Under the pieces are notes generated by a model, which was not told the DNA's origin, made no database searches, and was given only the letters and a program-made list of their open reading frames with translations. DNA of 61,604 nt, counting the filler, from an uncultured bacterium (lineage in GTDB: Bacteria; CAYJOG01): assembly GCA_964371695.1 (NCBI GenBank). It is 8 parts of 8 records of this genome, joined end to end, with 100 filler letters (N's around TTAATTAATTAA, not from the genome) between each part and the next. Parts side by side here need not be neighbours in the genome. Positions count along the whole stretch, not along the records: positions 54,033 to 61,604 come from CAYJOG010000125.1; 7 more parts are not named here. One strand, given 5' to 3'. The position numbers and the translations under genes are program-made. This document shows positions 54,034 through 61,604 of this stretch, in pieces. The first letter of the stretch is position 1, and the number at the start of each line of letters is the position of its first letter.

Positions 54034-55566
54034 CTGCTGAAAGGGGCGCGGGTGTTCATGATTTTCCGCGAACTGGAAGCCCTGGGCGACGTGCTGAAAA
54101 GCATGCCGCCGGTCTCGGACCTGGAACAGGAAAACTTTGAGAACACGTTCACGGTCCTGCTCATCACCGGAGCAGACGCCGACACGGTGCAGAGCAACCT
54201 CAGCAGCATCGCCGAAGTGTCCACCGTCATCGTCAAACCCTTCCACACCCTGGCCGCGCCCGCAGCCGCCAAGGCCGCCGCCCCCACCGAAAAAGGCCCC
54301 AGCCCCTCTGCCACCGTAACCGCCCCTGCCGCTGGCGCTGGCGAGGCCGACGCGAAGAAAGACATCAAGGCCCAGGCCTCGCGCATGCCCCAGACCGTGC
54401 GGGTGGACATCACCCGCCTGGACGTGCTCATGAACCTCGTGGGGGAACTGGTCATCAACCGCACCCGGCTGGACCAGATTTCAGACCGCCACAAAATCGA
54501 GGAACTCAACGACGCCATCGAGGACATTGGCCGGGTCACCACCGAGTTGCAAAACCTGGTGATGAAGGTGCGCATGGTGCCTATGGAGCACGTTTTCCAG
54601 CGGTTCCCGCGCATGTTGCGCGACATGGCCAAGGAGCTGAACAAGGAAATCAAGCTGGTGATGAAGGGCCAGGAAACTGAACTGGACCGCACCGTGATTG
54701 ACGAAATTGGCGACCCTCTGGTGCATATTTTGCGCAACAGCGCCGATCACGGCATCGAAACCCCCAACGACCGCGTGGCGGCGGGCAAACCCCGCTTTGG
54801 CACCATCGAGCTTTCGGCCTATCACGAGGGCAACCACGTGTTCATCCGCATCAAGGACGACGGCAAGGGCATCAACCCCGAAGTCATCCGCGCCAAGGTC
54901 ATTGAAAAGGGCCTGCTGGACGACGACACCGCCCGGCGCAAAACCGACGAAGAAATCATCGCCTACATTTTCGCCCCCGGCTTCAGCACCGCCCAGCAGG
55001 TCACCGACATCAGCGGCCGAGGCGTGGGCATGGACGTGGTGCGCACCAAAATCGAAGGGCTTTCCGGCAACGTGGAAATCAAGAGCGTGGTGGGTCAGGG
55101 CACGGAACTGCTCATCAAGCTACCGCTCACGCTCGCCATCATCCAGGCGCTGCTGGTGCGCGCCGGTCACGAAACCTACGCCGTGCCCCTTGCCGCCATC
55201 GAAGAAACCCTCAATGTCATGCCTTCGGAAATCCGCACCATCCAGGGCGGCGAGGTCATCAACCTGCGGGGCAACGTGCTGAAACTGGTGCGGATGAAGG
55301 AGTTTCTGGAAGTCCCCGCCCACGAGGACGAATCGGAACAGGACGATGAGTTCATTGTGGTGGTGAAGGTGGGCGACCGCCGGGTGGGCATGGTGGTGGA
55401 CGAAACCATTGGCCAGCAGGAAATCGTGATCAAGTCCATGGGCGGCAAACTCAGCGAACTGGCGTTCATCTCCGGCGCCATGATTCTGGGTGACGGTCGC
55501 GTGGCCCTGATTCTGGACGTGGGCTCTCTGGTGGAAACCAAGCGGGGAGTGAGCGCCCTTGTCTGA
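54034..55566 (+). CDS. cheA: Chemotaxis histidine kinase (5' truncated; P2-P5 domains)
   Basis: TVRVDITRLDVLMNLVGELVI, HILRNSADHGIE, DDGKG, FAPGFST, SGRGVGMDVV, LPLTLAI, C-terminal CheW-like domain. Confidence 0.96.
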   Translation: MLKGARVFMIFRELEALGDVLKSMPPVSDLEQENFENTFTVLLITGADADTVQSNLSSIAEVSTVIVKPFHTLAAPAAAKAAAPTEKGPSPSATVTAPAAGAGEADAKKDIKAQASRMPQTVRVDITRLDVLMNLVGELVINRTRLDQISDRHKIEELNDAIEDIGRVTTELQNLVMKVRMVPMEHVFQRFPRMLRDMAKELNKEIKLVMKGQETELDRTVIDEIGDPLVHILRNSADHGIETPNDRVAAGKPRFGTIELSAYHEGNHVFIRIKDDGKGINPEVIRAKVIEKGLLDDDTARRKTDEEIIAYIFAPGFSTAQQVTDISGRGVGMDVVRTKIEGLSGNVEIKSVVGQGTELLIKLPLTLAIIQALLVRAGHETYAVPLAAIEETLNVMPSEIRTIQGGEVINLRGNVLKLVRMKEFLEVPAHEDESEQDDEFIVVVKVGDRRVGMVVDETIGQQEIVIKSMGGKLSELAFISGAMILGDGRVALILDVGSLVETKRGVSALV

Positions 55567-56014
55567 GAGCACCCAGCGCGCCACCACCCTTCAGGCCTAC
55601 AAGGGTGTCATTTTCAGCATTCACCAGGAGGAATACTCCGTTCCCATCCAGTACGTGCAGAGCATCATCCAGCTTTCGCACGTCACGCGGGTGCCCCGCA
55701 CGCCGCCCTATTACCGGGGCGTCATCAACCTGCGCGGCTCGGTGATTCCGGTGGTGGACCTGGGCCACAAGCTGGGCCTGGGGCCCTCGGCCATTGACGA
55801 ACGCAGCCGCATCATCGTGGTGCAGGTGAATTATGAACTGATGGGCCTGCAGGTGATGAGCGTAGAGGAAGTGCTGACATTTGCAGATAACCAGCTTGAA
55901 ATAGGCAACCACGTGGGCGCCAAGATTGACGAGCGTTTTGTAGAGGGTGTGGGCAAATCAGGCGACCGGCTCATCACCCTGCTGGACATCGCCGCCCTTT
56001 ACGAAGACTTGTAA
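55559..56014 (+). CDS. cheW: Chemotaxis coupling protein
   Basis: TRVPRTP..YRGVINLRGSVIPVVDL; TTG start after GGGGAG. Confidence 0.93.
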   Translation: MSESTQRATTLQAYKGVIFSIHQEEYSVPIQYVQSIIQLSHVTRVPRTPPYYRGVINLRGSVIPVVDLGHKLGLGPSAIDERSRIIVVQVNYELMGLQVMSVEEVLTFADNQLEIGNHVGAKIDERFVEGVGKSGDRLITLLDIAALYEDL

Positions 56015-56055
56015 GCCCTGCTGCCAGCGGGTAGTTTATTGGCGGCAGCGACCCA

Positions 56056-56676
56056 ATGCTTCTTCACGAACTTTCACCCTATCAACGTGACGCCATCAAA
56101 GAGGTGGGCAACATCGGCGCAGGGAACGCGGCGGGCGCGCTGTGCCAGATGGTGAACAAGCCCGTCAAGATGAAGGTGCCCAATGTGGACACCGTGGCGT
56201 TCAACCAGTTGCCAGAGGCCATCGGCCCCGCCGAAAGCCCTGTGGCGGCGGTGTTCACTCGGGTCACGGGCGAGGCCCCCGGCAACATGCTGTTCATTCT
56301 CGAACTCAGCCAGTGCCGCGACCTGCTCAAGGCGCTGGTGGACGTGGACCTGGACCTGACCGACGGGCTCCAGCTAAACGCGATACAGCAGAGCGCCGTG
56401 GAGGAAATCGGCAACATCCTGGCCTCCAGCTATATCAACAGCCTGTCGCAGTTCACCCATATCCCCATGAAAGCCCAGCCCCCCGCATTTGCCGTGGACA
56501 TGCTGGGCGCGGTGCTGAACCTGCCCATTCAAGAGGCCGTGCGCTCGCAAGATTACGTGCTGCTCATCGAAACTCTGCTGCTGGTTGAAAACAGCCATAT
56601 TCGGGGCACCCATCTTTATCTGCCCGAGGCAGGCAGTCTCGCCAAAATCCTGAACGCCATCGGGGTAAAAGCGTGA
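56056..56676 (+). CDS. cheC: CheY-P phosphatase
   Basis: DAIKEVGNIGAGNAA and SAVEEIGNILAS (two ExxN motifs), DMLGAVL. Confidence 0.93.
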   Translation: MLLHELSPYQRDAIKEVGNIGAGNAAGALCQMVNKPVKMKVPNVDTVAFNQLPEAIGPAESPVAAVFTRVTGEAPGNMLFILELSQCRDLLKALVDVDLDLTDGLQLNAIQQSAVEEIGNILASSYINSLSQFTHIPMKAQPPAFAVDMLGAVLNLPIQEAVRSQDYVLLIETLLLVENSHIRGTHLYLPEAGSLAKILNAIGVKA

Positions 56677-57163
56677 GCGGCCACAAGATATGGCGGGCGG
56701 GCATGGGCGAGTGGCACGTGGCCCACGCACCGGACATTCTGCAGGCGCTGGGCCTTGGCTCCTGCGTGGGCGTATTTCTTTACGACCAAAAAAAAAAGTA
56801 GGCGGCTTGGCCCATGTGCTGCTGCCTGCCCAGATGCGCGCCGAAGAAGGCGGCAACATTTATAAATACGCCAACATGGCGGTGCCTGCGGTGCTGGAAT
56901 CCATGCTCAAGGCGGGGGCAGGTCGGGAGCGCGTGACGGCCAAAATCGCCGGGGGCAGTCAGATGTTCCGGGCCGTGTTTTCCGAAGGTCAGGCCACCGT
57001 GGGCCAAAAAAACATCGAAGCCGTGAAAATGGTTCTGGAAATCCTTAAAATCCCCCTTATCGCAGAAGACACCGGCGGAGAACATGGGAGAACCATGACG
57101 GCCGACCTGCATGAAGGAGTCGTGATATTAAAAATCCTGGGAAAAGAAATGCGGACCCTGTGA
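56673..57163 (+). pseudogene. cheD: Chemoreceptor glutamine deamidase, split by a -1 frameshift at A10 (56788-56797)
   Basis: The frame from GTG 56673 reads MSGHKIWRAGMGEWHVAHAPDILQALGLGSCVGVFLYDQKKK*; the -1 frame continues VGGLAHVLLP...KYA...AKIAGGSQMF...EDTGGEHGRT. Confidence 0.9.
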
Positions 57164-57498
57164 TCCTCTCCCTTCAGCGGGAACGCCTGCGGCAAACCCA
57201 GTTTGTGCGCCGAGGCGCGTTGATCTCCTCGTTTTACGGCGGCGTGATTCTGATTGCCGTGGGCGGGGCAGCGTTTGAGTTGTGGCCCCCCACCCTGTTC
57301 CGTCTGGTGGGTGTGGGTTATCTGCTCACCCTCACTTTTGCCTGGGCCATGTGCCTGTTCTTTTTTCCGCACCTCGAGCCTCGTCGTTTTCTTTCCAGCG
57401 ACACCTTGCTTGACGCCAACGGATACGCCACCATAACCACCGGCGCACCCGGTGAAGAACCCGGCGCAGCACCCCTTCCTGAGGCAATCTCCGCATGA
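57160..57498 (+). CDS. Small two-TM hypothetical protein
   Basis: GTGA overlap with the cheD stop and ATGA overlap with the next gene; two hydrophobic helices. Confidence 0.65.
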   Translation: MILSLQRERLRQTQFVRRGALISSFYGGVILIAVGGAAFELWPPTLFRLVGVGYLLTLTFAWAMCLFFFPHLEPRRFLSSDTLLDANGYATITTGAPGEEPGAAPLPEAISA

Positions 57499-58589
57499 GC
57501 ACCGCCACCGATATCGCCAGGGACCTGGGCCTGCATCCCTTCACCGTTTCATCCCTGTCTGAAAAACTGGGTGTTGGCGTAACGGAAGTGCCCCATGCCG
57601 TGGCCACCATGCGCCCCACCACGCTGGTGCTGCTGGGCAACTTCCGGGGGCCGCAAGGTTATTACCTGTTCCATTTCGCCATCGAAGAAGCCTGCCAGCA
57701 GATCAAGCCAGTGCTGGTGTATGAACTGGAAGACGAACCGCAGAATCTTTATCTCTCACCGGAACTGGCCGACATCACCGGGCGCTTTCTGGCGCACATC
57801 AAGCCCCAGTCCCAGGTGGGCGAAGACCGTCTGGAACTCCTGGGCCGTTACTTCCCCCCCACGCGGCTGGAGATCATTTACAGCCGGTTCAAGGAACATC
57901 AGCCCGACTCGGTGGAGAACATTTTTCAGGCCGTACTCACCGACATGTTCGGCGACTGCGAAGACCTGACCCTGCTGGGAGATTTTGTCACCCAGGCCCA
58001 GGCGCTGGATCTGGCCATTCGTCTGGGTCTGGCCAACAATCCCCCCACCGAAACCGCCAGCCTGTCCGAATCCGCCACACCGGGAGACGAACCGGACCTG
58101 ATTCAGTTTGACGAGCCGGTGGAAGTGCCCCACGAGACGGGCACCGTGTATCTGGCCTGCGACGTGGTGGTGGACCCTTCCCTGGGCCAGCCCGCCAAAG
58201 ACCTCAAAATCGGTGACCACCTGATTGTCAAAATCGTGGACAACTCCGAGCAAGGACTTTTTCTGGCGCACCTGATGGGCGCGGTGCATCAGCGGGAGGT
58301 CCGCCCCATGGCAGCCCCCATCGAGCGCGCCTATCCCGGCAACGAAGCCCACCCCGAAACCACCTTTCTGGTGCGCTTTGGCCCCGGCGCCATGGGTGAG
58401 GTGAAAGTGCTGCCGGAAATGCTGATCGCGGCGGTCAAACAGGGCCAGATGCCCGTGGTGCAAGACCCGGAGGAATACCGCGAGGTTTACACCTACCGGC
58501 AATATCAGGCCATTCTCATGTGCCTGGGCGGCGTGGCCAGCGTGTTGCTGCTGCTGCTGGCTTATTATCTAGTGGGCACGCCCGCCTGA
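57495..58589 (+). CDS. Hypothetical protein with C-terminal membrane anchor (possibly DUF4899-like C-terminal domain)
   Basis: Host-like codons; VVDPSLGQPAKDLKIGDHLIVKIVD...VRFGPG beta-domain; terminal TM helix. Confidence 0.7.
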   Translation: MSTATDIARDLGLHPFTVSSLSEKLGVGVTEVPHAVATMRPTTLVLLGNFRGPQGYYLFHFAIEEACQQIKPVLVYELEDEPQNLYLSPELADITGRFLAHIKPQSQVGEDRLELLGRYFPPTRLEIIYSRFKEHQPDSVENIFQAVLTDMFGDCEDLTLLGDFVTQAQALDLAIRLGLANNPPTETASLSESATPGDEPDLIQFDEPVEVPHETGTVYLACDVVVDPSLGQPAKDLKIGDHLIVKIVDNSEQGLFLAHLMGAVHQREVRPMAAPIERAYPGNEAHPETTFLVRFGPGAMGEVKVLPEMLIAAVKQGQMPVVQDPEEYREVYTYRQYQAILMCLGGVASVLLLLLAYYLVGTPA

Positions 58590-58595
58590 GTTTTT

Positions 58596-59765
58596 TCACC
58601 GCAGGTAAGCCAGCGGGTTGATGACGTGGCCGTTGGAGTGGACCTCGTAATGCAGGTGGGGGCCGGTGGAATAGCCCGTGCTGCCCACCGCGCCGATGAC
58701 CTCGCCACGCCGCACCACCTGCTGGGGCCGCACATAAATGCGCGAGAGGTGTCCATATAACGTGGAAAGCCCCCCGGCATGCACCAGAATCACGGCGTTG
58801 CCATAGCCCCCCTTGCGCGCCGCCCAGAACACCCGGCCCGTGCTGGCGGCCCGCACCGGCGTGCCAGTGGCGCAGGCCAGGTCCACACCCGTGTGCATGC
58901 GCCGCCGCCCGCTGATGGGGTGGACCCGCGAACCAAAACCACTCCGCATGGAGCAGAACATGGGCACCGGATGCATGAAGCCGTCTCGCGAAAGCCCGCG
59001 GCTGTACACTGCGCTCTGGCGGGCAATTTCCGCCGCAATGCTGTTGCTGATGGCTTCCAACTCTCCCATCATGCGATCCAGGGTCTCAATGTCCCGGCTT
59101 AGCTGGGTCATCACGTTGCGTTTTTCGTTCTGTTCGCGGGTCAGGCGCACCTGGGCGCGGCGCTCTTCTTCTTCAAGGTTGTGAATCTTCTGGATTTCCT
59201 CATCCATCACCTGGATGTTGTCCTGGATTTCCTCATACAGGTTCCGCACCCGTTGCAGCACGGCGCGGTCGTGCGCGGCAATGGCCCGCATGTAATCCGT
59301 GCGCACGGCCATGTCGGTGTAGTTGCTGGCGCCAAACAGCAGGCTGCTCATGGCCGAGGGGCCAGCCTTGTAATAGGTCACCAGCCGTCTTTTGAAGGTT
59401 TCGCGGTTGGCCTTGTATTCATCCACTTTTTTGTCGCGCTCTTTTTCGAGAAACCCATGGTGGCTGCGCAGTTTGACCAGCTTGATGTCGAGGTTTTCAA
59501 GTGACCGCTGGGTTTGCGAAAGCTGGTTGTCCAGGTGTTCGATGCGTCCCTTGACCTGACTCAGACGCTGTTTTTTCGCCCGTTTTTCCGCCTCCAGTTT
59601 TCTGCGGCGCGCATCGATGGAACGCTTCTTGTCTTTCAGTTTTCCGGCGGAGCTTTTTGCCGCCTGCTGCCGAACCCGGCGGGCCATGGGCGAAGAGGGA
59701 ATGGCAAAACCCACGGCAATCGCCAGTCCCCAGGCCAGCCACCGTTTTGCGACTGCGGATCTCAC
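58596..59765 (-). CDS. Coiled-coil + M23 peptidase (EnvC/CwlO-position murein hydrolase)
   Basis: Signal peptide, long coiled coil, MHTGVDLA, GGYGNAV, TLYGHLS, GYSTGPHLHYEV; downstream of ftsEX. Confidence 0.92.
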   Translation of the reverse strand: MRSAVAKRWLAWGLAIAVGFAIPSSPMARRVRQQAAKSSAGKLKDKKRSIDARRRKLEAEKRAKKQRLSQVKGRIEHLDNQLSQTQRSLENLDIKLVKLRSHHGFLEKERDKKVDEYKANRETFKRRLVTYYKAGPSAMSSLLFGASNYTDMAVRTDYMRAIAAHDRAVLQRVRNLYEEIQDNIQVMDEEIQKIHNLEEEERRAQVRLTREQNEKRNVMTQLSRDIETLDRMMGELEAISNSIAAEIARQSAVYSRGLSRDGFMHPVPMFCSMRSGFGSRVHPISGRRRMHTGVDLACATGTPVRAASTGRVFWAARKGGYGNAVILVHAGGLSTLYGHLSRIYVRPQQVVRRGEVIGAVGSTGYSTGPHLHYEVHSNGHVINPLAYLR

Positions 59766-60643
59766 GTAGACTCCCGCAAGGCATTTTTCATGGAGCTGAG
59801 GCTGCCCAGCAGGCCCACCGACGCCCCCACCAGAGGCACCAGCAGCAGGTTGGCGTTAAACACCTCAGGGCTGAGCAGTGGGAACACAAAAGGAAAGTTC
59901 CTCTGCGCCAGACCATAAAATCCGTAATAGGCCAGCCCCACCACCGTGGCCCCCAAACACGCCCCCACCAGTCCATAAAAAACACCTTCCAGCATGAACG
60001 GCAGGCGGATATACCAGTCGGTGGCCCCCACCAGTTGCATGATGCGGATTTCTTTTTTGCGGGCGTCCACCGTGAGCTGAATGGTGTTGGCCACAATGAG
60101 ATAGGTGGCCCCCAGCATCACCAGAATCAGCGACCAGCCCAAAAATCCGAACACGATACTCACCACGCTCACCCGCTTGACGTCTTCCTTGCCGTAGCGG
60201 ATTTCATCCACACCCGACAGGGGCTTGATGAACTGCACCACCTGCTCTACCCAAAGCGGATCCTTGACCTTTACCGTGAGGCGGCCCGGCAAAGGATTTT
60301 CGCCTTCCAGAATGTCGTCCACCAGTTCCTCGCCCATGGACTTTTTCATTTCGGCCAAGCCTTCTTCGGGCGTGACATAAATCACGCTGCCGACTTCCTT
60401 GTATCCCCGTATGCGGTTCTGGATTTCCACCGCTTTTTCGTGGGGTGTACCCGGCACCAGAAAGAGATTGATCTCCACCTTTTCGGCCATGCCCCTGGCG
60501 ATGTTGACCAGGGTGAGCTGAATGGCCAGAAACAGGCCAAAGGTGACCAGCGAGATGGAGCAGGTGCTGATGGCCGCCAGCGCCATGACAGGGTTGCGCG
60601 AAAGACTGTTCCACACCTCCCGAAGCGCCGTGACCAGCCTCAT
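59762..60643 (-). CDS. ftsX: Cell division permease
   Basis: N-terminal TM, extracellular loop with NPLP, IVANTIQLTVDARKKEIRIMQLVGATDWYIRLPFMLEG. Confidence 0.95.
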   Translation of the reverse strand: MRLVTALREVWNSLSRNPVMALAAISTCSISLVTFGLFLAIQLTLVNIARGMAEKVEINLFLVPGTPHEKAVEIQNRIRGYKEVGSVIYVTPEEGLAEMKKSMGEELVDDILEGENPLPGRLTVKVKDPLWVEQVVQFIKPLSGVDEIRYGKEDVKRVSVVSIVFGFLGWSLILVMLGATYLIVANTIQLTVDARKKEIRIMQLVGATDWYIRLPFMLEGVFYGLVGACLGATVVGLAYYGFYGLAQRNFPFVFPLLSPEVFNANLLLVPLVGASVGLLGSLSSMKNALREST

Positions 60644-61344
60644 GCGCCCTCCAACATCCGCACCAGTTCCTCGCGGCTGGTGGTTTCCTGGTCTTTGACA
60701 ATGCCGCCGGACTTCATCTGCACCACGCGGCGGTCACGGTATCCGACAATGGCGTGGTCGTGGGTGGCGACGATCACTGTGGTGCCGCCCTGATGGATTC
60801 TCAGCAGCAGGTCCAGGATTTCCCGGCTAGTGGCCGGGTCCAGGTTGCCGGTGGGTTCATCGGCCAGCAAAATCTTGGGACGGTTCACGATGGCCCGTGC
60901 AAGGCTTACCCGCTGGCGCTCGCCGCCAGAGAGTTCATCGGTGTGTTCCCGCGCCTTGTGTTCCAGCCCCACCAGACTCAGCACGTGGGGCACGCGGGTG
61001 CGGATTTCTTCAGGCCGGGTGCCCGTCACCTCCAGGGCAAAAGCCACGTTTTCATATACGTTTTTGTCCTTGAGTAATTTGAAATCCTGAAAAATCACGC
61101 CGATTCGCCGCCGCCAGAAGGGGATTTTGTGGTGAGGCACGTCCAGCACATTCTGGCCCGCCACCACCACCCGACCCCGGCTGGGGGGTTCTTCAAAACT
61201 CACCAGCTTGAGCAGGCTGCTTTTGCCGCAGCCCGTTGGCCCCACCAGAAAAACAAATTCCCCCTTGTTGACGTGAAGGTTTATCTCCTCAAGGGCGGTG
61301 ACACCATTGCGGTACACCAGCCATGCGCGGCGCATCAGGATCAT
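60640..61344 (-). CDS. ftsE: Cell division ATP-binding protein
   Basis: GEFVFLVGPTGCGKS, RRIGVIFQDFKLL, LSGGERQRV, LADEPTGNLDP; upstream of ftsX. Confidence 0.95.
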   Translation of the reverse strand: MILMRRAWLVYRNGVTALEEINLHVNKGEFVFLVGPTGCGKSSLLKLVSFEEPPSRGRVVVAGQNVLDVPHHKIPFWRRRIGVIFQDFKLLKDKNVYENVAFALEVTGTRPEEIRTRVPHVLSLVGLEHKAREHTDELSGGERQRVSLARAIVNRPKILLADEPTGNLDPATSREILDLLLRIHQGGTTVIVATHDHAIVGYRDRRVVQMKSGGIVKDQETTSREELVRMLEGA

Positions 61345-61490
61345 GGCGGGATGTTATACGATTTGTTCGCCCTGCCAAGGGATGAAATGCATAACAGCAG
61401 GCTCAAAACATGCGCCTCGGATGAAGAAGGCATCTCATACCGCTTCCAATTTCAGAAAGCAGGACTTTGGTATAAGGCCCCGACTTTTTG

Positions 61491-61604
61491 CTAAAAATGC
61501 AGGGTGCCGCCGAACTTGTGGCTGTCCTGGTTGCTGCCGCTGATATTGTTGTCGTTGAGGTAGGCGTAGTTGAGTTCCCACTGGTCTTGCTTCACGCCCA
61601 AGCC
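61491..61604 (-). CDS. C-terminal fragment of an outer-membrane beta-barrel-like protein
   Basis: Translates GLGVKQDQWELNYAYLNDNNISGSNQDSHKFGGTLHF*: alternating strands with terminal Phe. Not in the supplied ORF track. Confidence 0.6.
   Translation of the reverse strand, partial: GLGVKQDQWELNYAYLNDNNISGSNQDSHKFGGTLHF

Noticed and set aside
56690-56786. ORF-track N-terminus MAGGHGRVARGPR for CheD
   Set aside because: Wrong frame; the conserved GMGE...LGSCVGV segment lies in the frame starting at GTG 56673.

Overview
This window is not one contiguous locus. It is eight ~7.6 kb GC-rich bacterial contigs (7659, 7659, 7645, 7604, 7599, 7586, 7580 and 7572 bp, in decreasing length) joined by artificial 100-nt N44-TTAATTAATTAA-N44 linkers, so synteny only holds within a contig. 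Housekeeping and envelope genes: rph (partial), an N-acetylmuramoyl-L-alanine amidase, nagA, a TrmH methylase, a HAD hydrolase, a sugar-1-phosphate nucleotidyltransferase, mnmA, an SDR, a nitroreductase, cheA-cheW-cheC-cheD (cheD split at an A10 run) and ftsE-ftsX-M23. About 40% of the window encodes giant or modular exported proteins: a >2550 aa beta-helix-like protein made of ~600 aa super-repeats, a >2400 aa phage-tail-fibre-like protein, a 2007 aa Ig/FN3/propeller lipoprotein, a Kelch-FN3-dockerin protein coupled to a lipoprotein, and a beta-barrel-SLH-SPOR-like fusion. The best candidates for undescribed systems are (1) the chromosomal tail-fibre-like adhesin, (2) an AT-rich ABC-ATPase + TOPRIM-like two-gene cassette (likely anti-phage), (3) a dockerin protein + lipoprotein surface-display pair, and (4) a radical SAM + NnrS-DUF1858-ScdA_N fusion operon. 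Intergenic DNA carries several REP-like palindrome families, nested composites and 7-nt tandem arrays; one REP copy appears to lie in-frame inside a signal peptide. No rRNA, tRNA, CRISPR array, transposase or integrase was recognised. All family assignments are by-eye motif recognition, not database searches.
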